From positions 498,001-562,000 of the forward strand of contig JASTWF010000033.1 in NCBI GenBank assembly GCA_030390025.1: a DNA stretch of 64,000 bases, written 5' to 3'. Origin of the DNA: Squalus acanthias (Eukaryota). This document shows positions 25,500 to 37,128 of this stretch, piece by piece. Numbering within the stretch: position 1 is the first letter of the stretch; every line of letters starts with the position of its first letter. The notes beneath the pieces were generated by a model. It searched no databases and was not told where the DNA came from. It saw only the letters and a program-made list of their open reading frames with translations. A program made the position numbers and the translations under genes.

Positions 25500-25970
25500 G
25501 CCGGGCTGAGGCTGTGAAAGGCGCTGGGGAAATGCAGGTTGCCCCGGGCTCGCTCCAATCTCAGCGCCCGCCCGCTCTCTCTGGCCGGAGACAGGAGCCG
25601 CCCCCTGACCCCGGACCCTTGGCCCCGGGTCAAACATCTACGTCATCGAGCATTGTGGCGTTACCCGCGGCCCGACCGCCATCTTGGTGTGACCGAGCTC
25701 ACTGCGCATGCGCGCTGTTGACGGCCATTAAGCCGCGCGATTAAAAGGAAAAGTGACGTCAGTTTCAAGCAAAATCACCGCTCGCTCTGAACCGAGAGAC
25801 TGAAAGTTTGTCCCGCGCCGCAGAGAGAAAGCGGCGGCTCATCGTGTGGGTGAGGTGCGCATGTGCGAACTCTGCTCCCAGAGTGCAGCGCGGCCTGTGT
25901 CACAGAGATAGTGGCCTTTCCCTGGCGCTCTGCATTGTGGGAGCTGCAGCCCGCCATGGCAGCCCGGCTG
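25500..25970. promoter_or_regulatory. CpG-rich promoter-like segment
   Basis: YY1-type CCGCCATCTT 25676-25685, NRF1-type TGCGCATGCGC 25703-25713, CRE TGACGTCA 25754-25761. Confidence 0.55.
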
Positions 25971-26035
25971 CAAATCAAATGGAGAGCCTTTGACTGAAGA
26001 TCTAAAGGTCCCTGGTTCAATCCCGGGTACTGCCA
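25967..26035 (+). pseudogene. tRNA-Phe(GAA) pseudogene
   Basis: GACTGAAGATCTAAAGGTCCCTGGTTCAATCCCGGG matches vertebrate tRNA-Phe; 5' end decayed. Confidence 0.85.
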
Positions 26036-26154
26036 ATTTTGTTCAATTTGTATCTCCTTCACTATAATTGGAAAGAATCAGGAGAGACTTTTCGCTCTTG
26101 AACCCACGCCTCCCAGACCAATAGCAGTGACCTTGGTCTCCTCATCTATGATTT

Positions 26155-27115
26155 GTGTGAGGGGACCAAATGTAATATATCCAAGTTTGCTGACGATAGA
26201 AAGCTGGGTGAGAATGTAAGTTGTGAGGAGGATGCAAGGAGGCTTCAAGGGGATATAGACGGGCTAAGTGAGTGGGCAAGAACATGGCTAATGGAATATA
26301 ATGTAGACAAATGTGAAGTTATCCACTTTGGTAGGAAAAACAGAAAAGCAGAGTATTTTTGAAATAGTGAGAGATTGGGAAATGTTGTTATTCAGAGGGA
26401 CCTGGCTGTCCTTGTGCACGAATCATTGAAAGTTAACATGCAGGTACAGCAAGCAATTAGGAAAGCAAATGCTATGTTGGCCTTTATTACAAGAGGATTT
26501 GAGTATAAGAGTAAAGCCTTCTTACTGCAATTATATGGGGCCCTGGTGAAACCACACCTGGAGAATTGTGCACAGTTTTGGTCTCCTTATCTAAGGAAGG
26601 ATATACTTGCCATAGATGGAGTGCAACGAAGGTTTACCAGACTGGTTCATGGGCTGGGTTGATTGTCCCATGAGGAGAGATTGAGTAGACTAGGACTATA
26701 TTCTCTAGAATTTATAAGAATGAGAGGTGATCTCATTGAAACATACAACATTCTTACAGGGCTTGACAGGTTGGATGCTGGGATAATGTTTTCCCTGGCT
26801 GGGGAGTCTAGAACCAGGGGTAAAAGTCTCAGAATAAGGGGTTGGCCATTTAGTACTGAGATGAGAAGAAATTTATTCACTCAAAGGGTGGTGAATCTTT
26901 GGAATTCTCTGCTCCCGAGGCCTGTGGAAGCTCAGTCCTTGAGTATATTCAAGGCAGAGATCGACAGATGTTTCAATATTAAATGAATCAATTATGTTCT
27001 TATGATATGGGGATAGTGCAGGAAAGTGGAGATGAGGTAGAAGATCAGCCATGATTGTATTGAATGGAGGAGCAGGTTTGGAGGCCAAATGGACTACTCC
27101 TGCTTATGTTCTTAT
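26155..27115 (+). mobile_element. CR1 3' fragment
   Basis: KFADDRK..LVKPHLENC..3' tail; absent from the paralogous segment at ~33510-33555. Confidence 0.92.
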
Positions 27116-27471
27116 GTGCAAACCAAATCTGACCCTTTGGATCCAGCTCCAGCCGCCCGCTGCCGGTTCGAGTCCGGTTGTGGTGACAGCGGCTCAGGGT
27201 CGCACCAACTAGGTTTTATATCGGGACAGTGTTTGAGTGAGGGGCTGTTCAGCGGTGGTGTGAGGATAATTTTTAGAATGAGGTTTGTTAGAATAAAGAG
27301 CTCTTTTTCTGTTACTTTCGCTTTACGTTCTGCCCAGTTGTATATACGGACAGTTGACAATGTTTAAGCGATGTGGTGTGTTCAATGTTTGTGCAGTAAC
27401 TCTGTCACCCAGTGTGAGCCTGAAAGACAATCCCCCAGCCTGCGTCCGAACCTATCCAACGGGTGCTTTAT

Positions 27472-27545
27472 GGCCGATTACCTCAGTTGGTGAGAGCGTG
27501 GTGCGAATAACGCCAAGGTCACGGGTTTGATCCCAGTACAGGCCA
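27472..27545 (+). tRNA. tRNA-Ile(AAT), mutated (probable pseudogene)
   Basis: Full-length match to vertebrate tRNA-Ile-AAT, but U33>G, TTC>TTT in the T-loop and a D-stem change. Confidence 0.85.
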
Positions 27546-27689
27546 TCCGAATACTTGCTTAATTTTAAGGCTATCGTAACATTTAAAATACAAACTTTAT
27601 TAGGAAACAATTCCACACCGAATCGCACAGGGGAATTATTTGGATTAACATCCATTACACCTTTGACACCGGGGCGGAGAGGCACATAG

Positions 27690-28150
27690 ACTATAGAATC
27701 ATAGATTGATACGGCACAGAAGGTTGCCATTCGGACCATCAAGTCAGCGCTGGCACTTTGAAAGAGTTCTCCAATTAGTCCCACTCCCCTGCTCTTTCCC
27801 CACAGCCCTGCAAATTTCTCCTATTCAATTATTTATCCAATTCTCTTTTGAAAGTTACTATTGAATCTGCTTCCACCGCCCTTTCAGGCAGCGCATTCCC
27901 AATCAGAATAACTGGCAGCGTAAAACATGTTTCCTCATCTCCCCTCTCGTTCTTTTGCCGGTTATCTTCAATCGGTGTCCTTTGGTTACCGAACCTCCTG
28001 CCACTGGAAAAAAATTCTGCTTATTTACTCTATCAAAACCCCTTGAAATTTTGAAAACCTCTATTAAATTTCCTCTTAACCTTCTGAGGAATACAATCCC
28101 AGCTTCTGCAGTCTCTCCACATAACTGAAGTCCCTCATCCCTGGGACCAC
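27690..28150 (-). mobile_element. CR1 3' end fragment
   Basis: CATAGA-type terminal repeats and CR1 3' sequence. Confidence 0.75.
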
Positions 28151-28318
28151 TCTATGATACGTCAAACTGAGGCTCTCCCTCTGTGTGTCTGTCTCTCTTT
28201 CTATGTCGCTATCTGTATCTCTCTTTGTCTCTGTCTCTCTCTGTGTCCTTCTCTACTCTCTCTTTCTCACTCTGTTCACAGCTCGACTGTTCCTCTGACA
28301 GATTCTACATCTGTTAGT

Positions 28319-28384
28319 TCCTCGTTAGTATAGTATCCCCGCCTGGTCACGCAGGTGACCGGGGTTCAATTTCCCGACGGGGAA
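28319..28384 (+). pseudogene. tRNA-Asp(GTC) pseudogene
   Basis: TCCTCGTTAGTATAGT[deletion]ATCCCCGCCTGGTCACG..GGGGTTCAATTTCCCGACGGGGA. Confidence 0.88.
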
Positions 28385-28846
28385 GACGCTTTTTAAAATC
28401 CCCAATTTTAAACCTTTGGGCAGCTCCTTAAAATGCTTCTTGGAAAAGGTGAACATAAAAAAAGTAACTAAATTAATTTTAAAAGATGTCCTGGCATATG
28501 AAGATATGTAAAACAACTTCCTGCACCTTTTCCTCGTTACTATAGTGCCCCCTCTCTGTTTCCCTCTCCCTTTTGTGTGGGGCACGGAGGAGGGAGAGAG
28601 TGACAGAGAAAATGAGATTAACAGGGTTACGCACAAAAAGCTGGGGTTTGGGAATAAGCACGACTGCTCTTTAAAAGAGACAGCACAGGTATGACGGGCC
28701 GAATGGCCTCCCTCTGTGCTGCATGAATCCATGAAACTCAGATGGATATCTGAGACATACACACACAAAGAGCACACACACATATCTGTCTCTTTGTGTG
28801 TTTCAGCATTTGTCTCAAGCACTGCATAACTACTTCCTGAACCAGG

Positions 28847-28886
28847 TCCTTGATAGTATAGTGGTGAGTATTCAATTCCCCGACGG
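28847..28886 (+). pseudogene. tRNA-Asp relic lacking the anticodon arm
   Basis: TCCTTGATAGTATAGTGGTGAGTA joined directly to TTCAATTCCCCGACGG. Confidence 0.75.
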
Positions 28887-29559
28887 CTACTCTCTGTCTG
28901 TCTCGCTCTGTCTCTGAGAAAAGCACAGAAGGAAACAGATTTCAAGTGGATGCCGACCCGCACTTGTTGCTGTGGTTTCGCAAACATGTCTTTTGTGTTC
29001 TCACCTAAAAAATGTAATTTTATACGAAAAGTTTGCCTGGCGTGAAAATTATCTTAATTTCACAAATGTTCATCCTTGCCTTCTGTAAAATTCCTGCTGC
29101 TTCAAAGTTAGCAGGAAATGACTCAACCTTTCTGTCAACATTTGGAACTAGACACTTTAGATGTTGCCCACATTTAACTGCAGCTCACAGTGTCAGAACA
29201 GTCACAGTTATCAATAGTCTTTCATGTATCTTCTTGTCCAGTACATCTCCCTAAAAAACTTAGCTTATCACAGCACGGCTATCAATCAATTATTTGCCAG
29301 TGTGAAAAATGTAACATTTGAAAATTAGCAACGTGTGCAAGACTGGAATCAGAGAGTCCGTGGGCAGTGATAACTTAACCTGAGCATTAAGATATTCATT
29401 AGGCTTGAGACCTTCCTGTATTGCTCAGTAGCCCAATAACTGAGGAACTAAGAGACCACAGGCCGGGGTGGAGGCTGGCCATTTTCATTTCTGTGTTGGG
29501 CTCAGTACCATACCTGCTGCTGAAGAATGAACTTAACATAATTTCAGCTTGGCTGGAGA

Positions 29560-30900
29560 TCATAGAGACATAACGGTACAGAAGGAGCCGTGCCGGCTCT
29601 CTGCAGAGCAATCCAGTCAGTCCCATTCCCCCGCTCTATCCCCGTAGCCCTGCAAGTTTATTTCCCTCAAGTGCCTATCCAGTCTCCCCTTGAGAACATT
29701 GAGTGTCTCCGCTTCCACCAATTCTGTCGGTAGCGACTTCCAGTTCCTCACCACTCGCTGCGTAAAATAGTTTTTTCTCACATCCCCCCTGTATCTCTTG
29801 CCCAAATCCTTAAATCTGTGTTCCCTAGTCCTTGTACCAAAACTAATGGGAACAGCCTTTCCCCGTCTAGCCTATCAAAACCCGTCATAATCTTGTACAC
29901 ATCTATCAAATCACCCCTCAACTTCCTTTCCTCTAATGAAAACAAATCCATCTTCTCCAACCTGTCCTTTTAGCTAAGATCCCCGGAACCATTCTGGCAA
30001 ATCTCCTCTACACCCTCTCAAGGGCCTTCACATCCTTCCTAAAGTGTGGTGACCAGAGCTGGACGCAATACTCCAGTTGTGGCCGAACCAGTGCTTTATA
30101 AAGGTTCAGCATAACTTCTCTAATTTTGTACTCCATACCTCTAATTATGAAGCCCAAGGTCCCATATGCTTTGTTAACCACTCTCTCAATATGTCCTGAC
30201 ACCTTCAGGGACATATGCACATTAACTCCCAGGTCCCTCTGTCCCTGCACACTTTTTAAAACTGTGCCATTAAGTGAGTATTGCCTCTCCTTGTTCCTTC
30301 TGCCAAAATGCATCACCTCACACTTCTCTGCATTAAATTCCGTCTGCCCATTCTGCTAGCTTTTCTATGTCCTGTTGCAGTCGATTGGTATCATCCTCAC
30401 TGTTTGCCACACCCCCAGGTTTGGAGTCATTGGCAAATTTAGAAATTCTACTCTGTATTCCGCAAACCTTGAATCTGTGTCCCCTATTCCTTGTACCATC
30501 AACAATTACAAATGTAGAAAAGTTATGCTGAACCTTTATAAAGTGCTTGTTAGGCCACAAATGGAGTATTGCGTCCAGTTCTGCTCATCACACTTTAGGA
30601 AGGATGTGAAGGCCCAGACACAGATTTAAGGTTTTGGGCAAAGGGTCCAGGGTGGAACGAGTGGAAAAACTTGTTTACGCAGCGAGTGGTGATGACCTGG
30701 AACTCGCTGCCAACAGAAGTGGTGGAAGCGGAGACACTCAATGTTTTCAAGGTGAGACTGGATAAGCACTTGAGGGAAATAAAGTTGCAGGGCTACGGGG
30801 ATTGAGCGGGGGAATGGGACTGACTGGATTGCTCTACAGAGAGCCGGCAAGGATTCGATGGGCCGAATGGCCTCTGTCTGTGCCGTTATGACTCTATGAC
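29560..30900. mobile_element. CR1 fragments (minus 29560-30460; plus ~30505-30900)
   Basis: RT C-terminal ORFs on both strands; same subfamily as 42826-44087. Confidence 0.88.
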
Positions 30901-30959
30901 CTGCATTTGTCAACCGCGGTTCTCTTCTGTGATGTTCTTACTACAGCTCGCGGAGCAGA

Positions 30960-31020
30960 GTTTCCGTAATGTAGTGGTTATCACGTTCGCCTAACACGCG
31001 AATGGTCACCTGTTAGAAAT
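30960..31020 (+). pseudogene. tRNA-Val(AAC) pseudogene, 3' truncated
   Basis: GTTTCCGTAATGTAGTGGTTATCACGTTCGCCTAACACGCGAA. Confidence 0.88.
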
Positions 31021-31549
31021 ATTTCCCATCAAAATTGAATTAATATGAAAAAGTTGAATTAATTTTGTGGTTAATTATGAGTAAAATATCCCATAAAACA
31101 CGTGCATTTTCTCTGTGCAATTCTGGGGCAGCAGCAGAATTGTATTCAACCACAATCTGTTGCCTCCTAGCCCGGTATATCTCTCACTCTACCATTACCA
31201 TCAAGCCAGGGGACCAAACCTGGTTCAATGAGATGTGTAGAAGAGCAGGCCAGGAGCGGCACCAGGCGCACCTAAAAATGAGACCATTCCAAAATGGTGA
31301 AGCTGGATATGGAACCAAAGCGGGCCAATGCAGTTGAGATACAGATTATCCAGGAACTAATTGAATGACGGAACAGGGCTGAGGGGCCTCCTCCTGTTCC
31401 TATTAGTCTGTCACCATTAAGAAAATGTTATGAAATGGCTTTCTCCGATCCCAGTGACTGATCTCATACATACCGACATTGTGCCACAGTTTATCCCACG
31501 ATCTTGCAGCCAAAATACACATTTTGAAAACCTGGAAAAGTTAAAGCAT

Positions 31550-31624
31550 CGTTCCTGGGTGCGCTCGAACCACCACCTTTTCGGTTAACAGCCGAACCGC
31601 GCTAACCGATTGCGCCACAGAGAC
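31550..31624 (-). tRNA. tRNA-Asn(GTT), near-intact variant
   Basis: GTCTCTGTGGCGCAATCGGTTAGCGCGGTTCGGCTGTTAACCGAAAAGGTGGTGGTTCGAGCGCACCCAGGAACG; one extra base plus stem mismatches. Confidence 0.9.
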
Positions 31625-31959
31625 CTTGTGAAAGTCTGATGACAACATATACTAAAGCCGGAATTTACCCAGATAAAACCTCAAGTCACAGAGAGCAAGA
31701 CAGCATCTGTCCAGTCTCTGTTCACTTGTCCAAATTAAAGAATGCAATATTTATTGTCGGAACATGGAAATAGTCGCTGAAAGAAAATCCGTTAAACAAA
31801 TGGATTTGAAAACACACTTTGAACCATTAGATCGGTTCATCAACCAATGGTGACGGTGAGATATTAACATGGTATCTGGGTTTCTCACAACTGTTGGAAT
31901 CTTCCCACGAGTTCTTTTGCTGTTGCATTTGTTCATCAATGTGGAGATCAGATTTACAC

Positions 31960-32750
31960 GTGGTCGCTTCACTGGGTGGCCTGGGAACCAGATTCACCAG
32001 AGCACAGGCCAATGATGGGACTCTGCCCTTTCTGCTCTATATAGGGATCAGTAGCAACCGAATGAGAACAACGAACCTACCACAGGCCGGGGATGGAGCC
32101 TTGGCCCATCCATCTGTGTGGGGCTCAGTTACATGCTGGATGAGATCAGCAAACTGAGAGAAGTCCGGGAACGGATCCTGATCACACCCTGCTCTGAGTG
32201 GCTCCACTGGGTGAGAACATCAGCACAGGCCAGATATGAAGCCTGTGCCCTTCCTACTCTGTGGGGCTCAGTAACACATTGCTTGAGAAGGAGTAACACA
32301 CCACAGGCCGGGGATGGAGCCTGGGCCCTTCCTACTCTGTGGGGCTCAGTAACACACTGCTTGAGATGGAGTAACACACCACAGGCCGTGGATGGAGCCT
32401 CGGCTCTTCCTATTCTGTGGGGCTCAGTAACTCATTGCTTGAGATGGAGTAACACACCACAGGCCGGGGATGGAGCCTGGGCCCTTCCTAATCTGTGGGG
32501 CTCAGTAACACACTGCTTGAGATGGAGTAACACACCACATGCCGGGGATGGAGCCTGGGCTCTTCCTACTCTGTGGGGCTCAGTAACACACAGCTTGACA
32601 AGGAGTAACACACCACAGGCTGGGGATGGAGCCTGGGCTTTCCCTGTTCTTTGTGGTGCTCAGTACCACACCGCCTGCAATAAACTAACAGGCATAAGGC
32701 CGAGTAATGAACCTGATTACATTCTGTTGTGTGGGGCTCAGTACCACACC
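31960..32750. repeat. 78-bp minisatellite (~5 clean plus several decayed units)
   Basis: CCACAGGCCGGGGATGGAGCC.. recurs at 32301, 32379, 32457, 32535, 32613. Confidence 0.93.
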
Positions 32751-33375
32751 GGGTGAGGTCTGCTGTATCTGCACTCAAGCGGAGCCCCTGGGGCGGAGCC
32801 ATCAGCTGCCTCCCTGCAAGAACAGACATGGTGAATGGACAGAGGCTTTTTTATCAATGTTTTTAAACTGATTTGACAGGCGATCCCCAGCTCTGCATCA
32901 CCCAGCAGAGAATCAAAGGAGAGTTTGAAATAAATGAGTTTCAACATCAGTATCAGAACATTACTCTTTGATTCGTGACTCTGATCTCTCTCCAGCATCT
33001 CGCTGCTGAAGATTGAACTTGACATAATTGCTGCTTTGCTCGGGATCAGTGCGGCTCAGCGGGACTTCGGCCCGTCTCTCCCTTCACAACCCATCAGTGC
33101 CGAGAAAAGAACGGGGAATTATACACATGTGTTTTGTTCTGTAACTTTATTTGAACATTTCAGTGCACTTCACGCTGTGTCCAACACAGTGAGGTCCCCC
33201 TGGTGTATCAGATTTGTATCTTTATCCACACTCCAGCTTTACATTAACACAACCTGAGCTCCGAGATCTGGTCCGGTCTCATTGCCCCGAAAGTGAGGAT
33301 TGAGCGGGAGGGGCAATGCCACCCGGGGTTAGATTTTCCTCCAAGCGGGTGATACAACATTTAATTTACTGTGAA

Positions 33376-33436
33376 GCCCAAATAGCTCAGTTGGGCGAGC
33401 GTTAAACTGAAGATCTAAAGATCCCGGGTTTCGGCA
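33376..33436 (+). pseudogene. tRNA-Phe(GAA) pseudogene with T-arm deletion
   Basis: GCCCAAATAGCTCAGTTGGG..CTGAAGATCTAAAG|ATCCCGGGTTTCGGCA. Confidence 0.88.
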
Positions 33437-33865
33437 TGTTTTGGTTAGTTTGTGTCTCCTTCACTATAAGAGGATATAATCAGAAGCGGTTTCTGCTCGT
33501 GAACCCGCGTCCACCAAATGAATGGGAGTGAAATCACATATGTGCCGCGGGATCCGGCTCCAGCCGCCCGCTACGGGTTCGAATCCAGTCGCGGTCCCGC
33601 AGCCTGGTTTTATATCGGGACAGTGTTTGAGGGAGGGGCTGTTCAGCGGTGGTGCGATAATAATTTTTAAAATGAGGTTTGTGAGATTAAAGAGCTCTTT
33701 TCCTGTTACTTTCGATTGGCACTCTGCCCAGTTGTATGTACGAACAGCTAACAATGTTTAAGCGATGTGGTGAGTTCAATGTTTGTGCAGTAACTCGGTC
33801 ACCCAGTGTGAGCCTGAAAGACAATCCCCCAGCCTGGGCTCGAATCTTTCTAATAGGCACTTTAT

Positions 33866-33939
33866 GGCCTGTTAGCTCAGCAGGTGAGAGCGTGTTGCTC
33901 ACGGAATCAAAGCCGCGGGTTCGATCCCCGTCTGGACCA
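33866..33939 (+). pseudogene. tRNA-Ile-derived pseudogene (paralog of 27472)
   Basis: Same flanks and body; anticodon arm scrambled (loop CTCACGG). Confidence 0.8.
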
Positions 33940-34040
33940 TTGAAATTTGTTCATGCTTTTTCGAAACACTTAAAATACAACCTTTAAAAAGAATCAAATC
34001 CACACAGAATCTCGGAAAGAAACTCAAATGATTTGAAAAC

Positions 34041-34283
34041 AGCCGAATCCCGGGATTGAATCAGGGACCATTATTAAATCTGTAGAGAGAAAATCAGAGT
34101 TAACGTTTCAGGTCGATGACCGTTCGTCTGACGTTAACTGTTTCTCTCTCTACAGATGCTGCCTGATCTGCTGAACATTTCCAGCATCTTCTGTTTTTAT
34201 TTGAAATTTCCAGCATCCGCAGTATTTTGCTGTTGTACCTTTATAAATCTTCAAGTCGCTCATCCCAACTGAGCTATTGCGGC
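34041..34283 (-). pseudogene. tRNA-Phe pseudogene split by a Penelope-like insert
   Basis: Halves at 34041-34081 and 34237-34283; imperfect ~14-bp TSD ACC(A/T)TTA(T)TAAATCT. Confidence 0.85.
34082..34236. mobile_element. Short Penelope-like element with inverted end and decayed hammerhead motif
   Basis: TGTAGAGAGA..GTTAACG / CGTTAAC..TCTCTCTACA inverted arms; minus strand reads CAGACGAACGGTCATCGACCTGAAACGTTAAC. Confidence 0.7.
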
Positions 34284-35068
34284 TACGGAGCAACCTACAG
34301 TGCGTCATCCTCTCGGAGGGAAAGGGAAGGGTTTGTGTCATGAATCCGCTGGGATTGCATCAAGCATCTAATTCACCTGCAGGCTGGAGGAGCAGAGGAA
34401 GCTGGAGGGAAAGAAGTGATAGGAGCAGAAGGAGAAGCCCTTTGAAACTGGCAGAATGTGTGTCTGACTGTTGTTTCAAATGATGCCGGACAGCCCTGCG
34501 TGGATTGGCAGTTTTCCCAGGAGCTGCATTGTTCGGTGCCTGCATTTTAGACATGGAAACATGTACAGCAGCAGCTTGTGGTAATATTTCACCTCACTGT
34601 ACATTTCAAGTGGATGCCAAACCGCACACGGTGCTGTGATTTGCGCGAACATGTCTTTTGTGTTCTCATCTAAAATGTCATTTTGTACAAACAGTTTGCC
34701 TGGCGCGAAAGAGTTAAAGAGGGGACAAAGAGTAAAATGGACGGGGTTGCTGCGGTGTGTGAAATATGGTGACGATCTAGGGTTATTATCCGAGGCAACG
34801 CTGCAGGATCCTTTAAAGATCTCTCGCGGATCCACTGAAAATGGTCGAATATGCAGCTTTGAGAGGGGCTTTCTGCACCGTCAGGGCAGGAACCGGGAGT
34901 GAGGGAAGGACACTGTCGGTATCTGTGCTGAGTTTGAGCCTGTGAAGAATTGAACAGAGAAAATAGACGGGTTCTTTGAGATTTTTAGCTTTATTGATAT
35001 TTAACCACCAAATGAATTGTTCCATTTTTTTAATATTAACTCAATTTTAATGGGGAAGGTTTTCAAAA

Positions 35069-35142
35069 TGTTTCCGCCCGGTTTCGAACCGGGGACGTTT
35101 TCGCGTGGTAGGCGCACGTGATAACCACTACACTACGGAAAC
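35069..35142 (-). tRNA. tRNA-Val body with ACC anticodon (variant or pseudogene)
   Basis: GTTTCCGTAGTGTAGTGGTTATCACGTGCGCCT-ACC-ACGCGAAAACGTCCCCGGTTCGAAACCGGGCGGAAACA followed by TTTT. Confidence 0.88.
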
Positions 35143-35580
35143 TCTGCCGGACTTAGCTGCAGGAAGAACATCACAGAAGAGAACTGCGATTTGCAAATGC
35201 AGGTCTGGGATTAACTTTTGTATTAATACACTTTATTATCTGAATTTCACAAAACACATTAAACTCTGTAAAAAGATGAAAAATTGTTCTAATTGCTGAA
35301 TTAACTTTCTGTTTCAGACTGACGGAAATCCTAACATGGTCACCGAGTGACAGGCAAAACTTTCATAAGTGTTTTGTCTTTTGCTTGTGATGAATTTTCA
35401 CCAGTTCCCATTTTACAGACGGTATTTGAGGAGTTGGTTAAAAATGTTCAATGTTTATCACACCGGGAATCTGCTGCTGCCGTTGTTCAGTTTAACACGA
35501 ACCGACTATTGTCGCCGCTTTTACACAGGGGAGGAAACTCGCCCCTGGAGGTTCACCTGGAGCAAGTTACAAAATCATTC

Positions 35581-35651
35581 ATACTGCCCGGGATTCAAAC
35601 CAAGGCATTTCGCGTGGAAGGCGAGCGTGATAATTGCTACAGTCCCGAAAC
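35581..35651 (-). pseudogene. Degenerate tRNA-Val
   Basis: Residual GTAGCAATTATCACGCTCGCCTTCCACGCGAAA. Confidence 0.7.
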
Positions 35652-35940
35652 CTCTGTTCAGTTTGTCAGCCGCAAGTCAGAAGGATGTGTTGCGGGAGAA
35701 GGTGACCCGCTGACTCACCTCTCTCTGCACTGATTGAGATTGTGTCGCTTATCCGTCAAACAACATCACTTCTGTCCCGCACTAAAAACTCTCAATCCTT
35801 CTCCTCCGCTCTCTTTCTAATCAAGTAATTGGCAAACGAATCAGTAATAAGGTTCCCTCGGGCTTTTGCTGGTGGATTTACTGATAAACCGAGAAATTGA
35901 GAGGAAGCTCGAGCACAGGCAGGGTCCTTGCGACAGACCA

Positions 35941-36000
35941 GACCGGCTAGCCCAGTCGGTGGAGTTTAGGATACTTCATCCCTAGGTTGGGGAGTTTGCG
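35941..36000 (+). pseudogene. Degenerate tRNA-Lys
   Basis: GACCGGCTAGCCCAGTCGGTGGAG; 5' flank shared (inverted) with the copy ending at 36512. Confidence 0.65.
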
Positions 36001-36437
36001 TTTTAAATTTTTGGGCTGATATTAAAGGCGATTCCCAACTCGGTCAGTAAGAGTTTCATATAAATGCGGTTCAACAAAATAAGAAAATCTCTCCTTGATT
36101 CCGGAAACTTGTTTCTCTCCAGCCGCTCGCTGCTAAAGATTGAACTGCATTTAATTTCCCCTTGGCCCGGTGTCAGTGCGGCGCAGTGGGACTTCGGCCC
36201 GTCTCTCCCTTCACAACCCATCAGGGCCGAGAAAACAACGGGGAATTTTACACACGTGTTGTGTTCTGCAACTTTTTATAAACACTTCAGTGTATTTCAC
36301 TCTGTGTCCAACACTGTGAGGCCTTCCCTGGTGTGTCAGCTTCCGGGGTTTATAAACACTTCAGATTTCCTGATACTGTTGTTGAATCGCATTTTTTGAA
36401 AGAGTCATTGACCGAGAGGTGGGGATCGCCTGTGAAA

Positions 36438-36512
36438 CCAACCCAAAAATTTGAAACACAAACCGCCCCTGAGATTAAGAGTCTCAGGCTCTACCGACTG
36501 AGCTAGCCGGGC
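36438..36512 (-). pseudogene. tRNA-Lys(CTT) pseudogene, 3' half decayed
   Basis: GCCCGGCTAGCTCAGTCGGTAGAGCCTGAGACTCTTAATCTCAGGG. Confidence 0.88.
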
Positions 36513-37057
36513 CGGTCTGACCGCGCGCACTGCTTGTGTAAGAAACCATGAACCAGTTTCCCATCAATTCCCAGGTTTACCAGTAAATCGGCCAACAAAA
36601 GCCCGAGAGAACCTTATTACTGATACTTTGCCAATCACTTTAATATGTGTTTTCTGGTTAGCAACACTCATGCCCCTGGGAAATGTTCTCCTTATTTACT
36701 TTATTAAAACTCTTCATGATATTGAACACGTTTACAAAATCTCCCCTTATCTTCTCTGCTCTGAGGAGAACAACCAGTTATTCTCTTCTACTCCACGTCA
36801 CTGAAGTCTCGCATCCGTCCTAAAGCGGAGTGCCCGAATTGCAAACAATACTCCAAAGGTTTGGCATAACTTCCCTCATTTTGCCCTCTATGCCTCTAGT
36901 TATCAAGCCAAGGATCCCGTTTGCTTTTCTAACACAAGACAAAATGCTGCGGATGATGGAAGTTTGAAATAAAAACAGAATGTGCTGGAAATACTCAGCA
37001 GCTGTGAATGGTAGGTGAATTGGAGAAAAGCGAATTGGCCTCAGGATAGTGTATACG

Positions 37058-37128
37058 GGTTCCATGGTGTAATGGTGAGCACTCTGGACGTTGAATCCAG
37101 CGATCCAATTCAAATCTCAATGGAACTT
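37058..37128 (+). pseudogene. tRNA-Gln (TTG anticodon), mutated
   Basis: GGTTCCATGGTGTAATGGTGAGCACTCTGGACGTTGAATCCAGCGATCC..; U33>G and T-stem deletion. Confidence 0.87.

Noticed and set aside
24407..25744. Overlapping repetitive ORFs; CRISPR-like regularity
   Set aside because: Head-to-tail 31-bp minisatellite with no unique spacers or cas genes, in eukaryotic DNA.
33268..33335. CATTGCCCC..GGGGCAATG hairpin as a ribozyme or ncRNA
   Set aside because: A 9-bp stem only, with no complete catalytic core or second copy seen.
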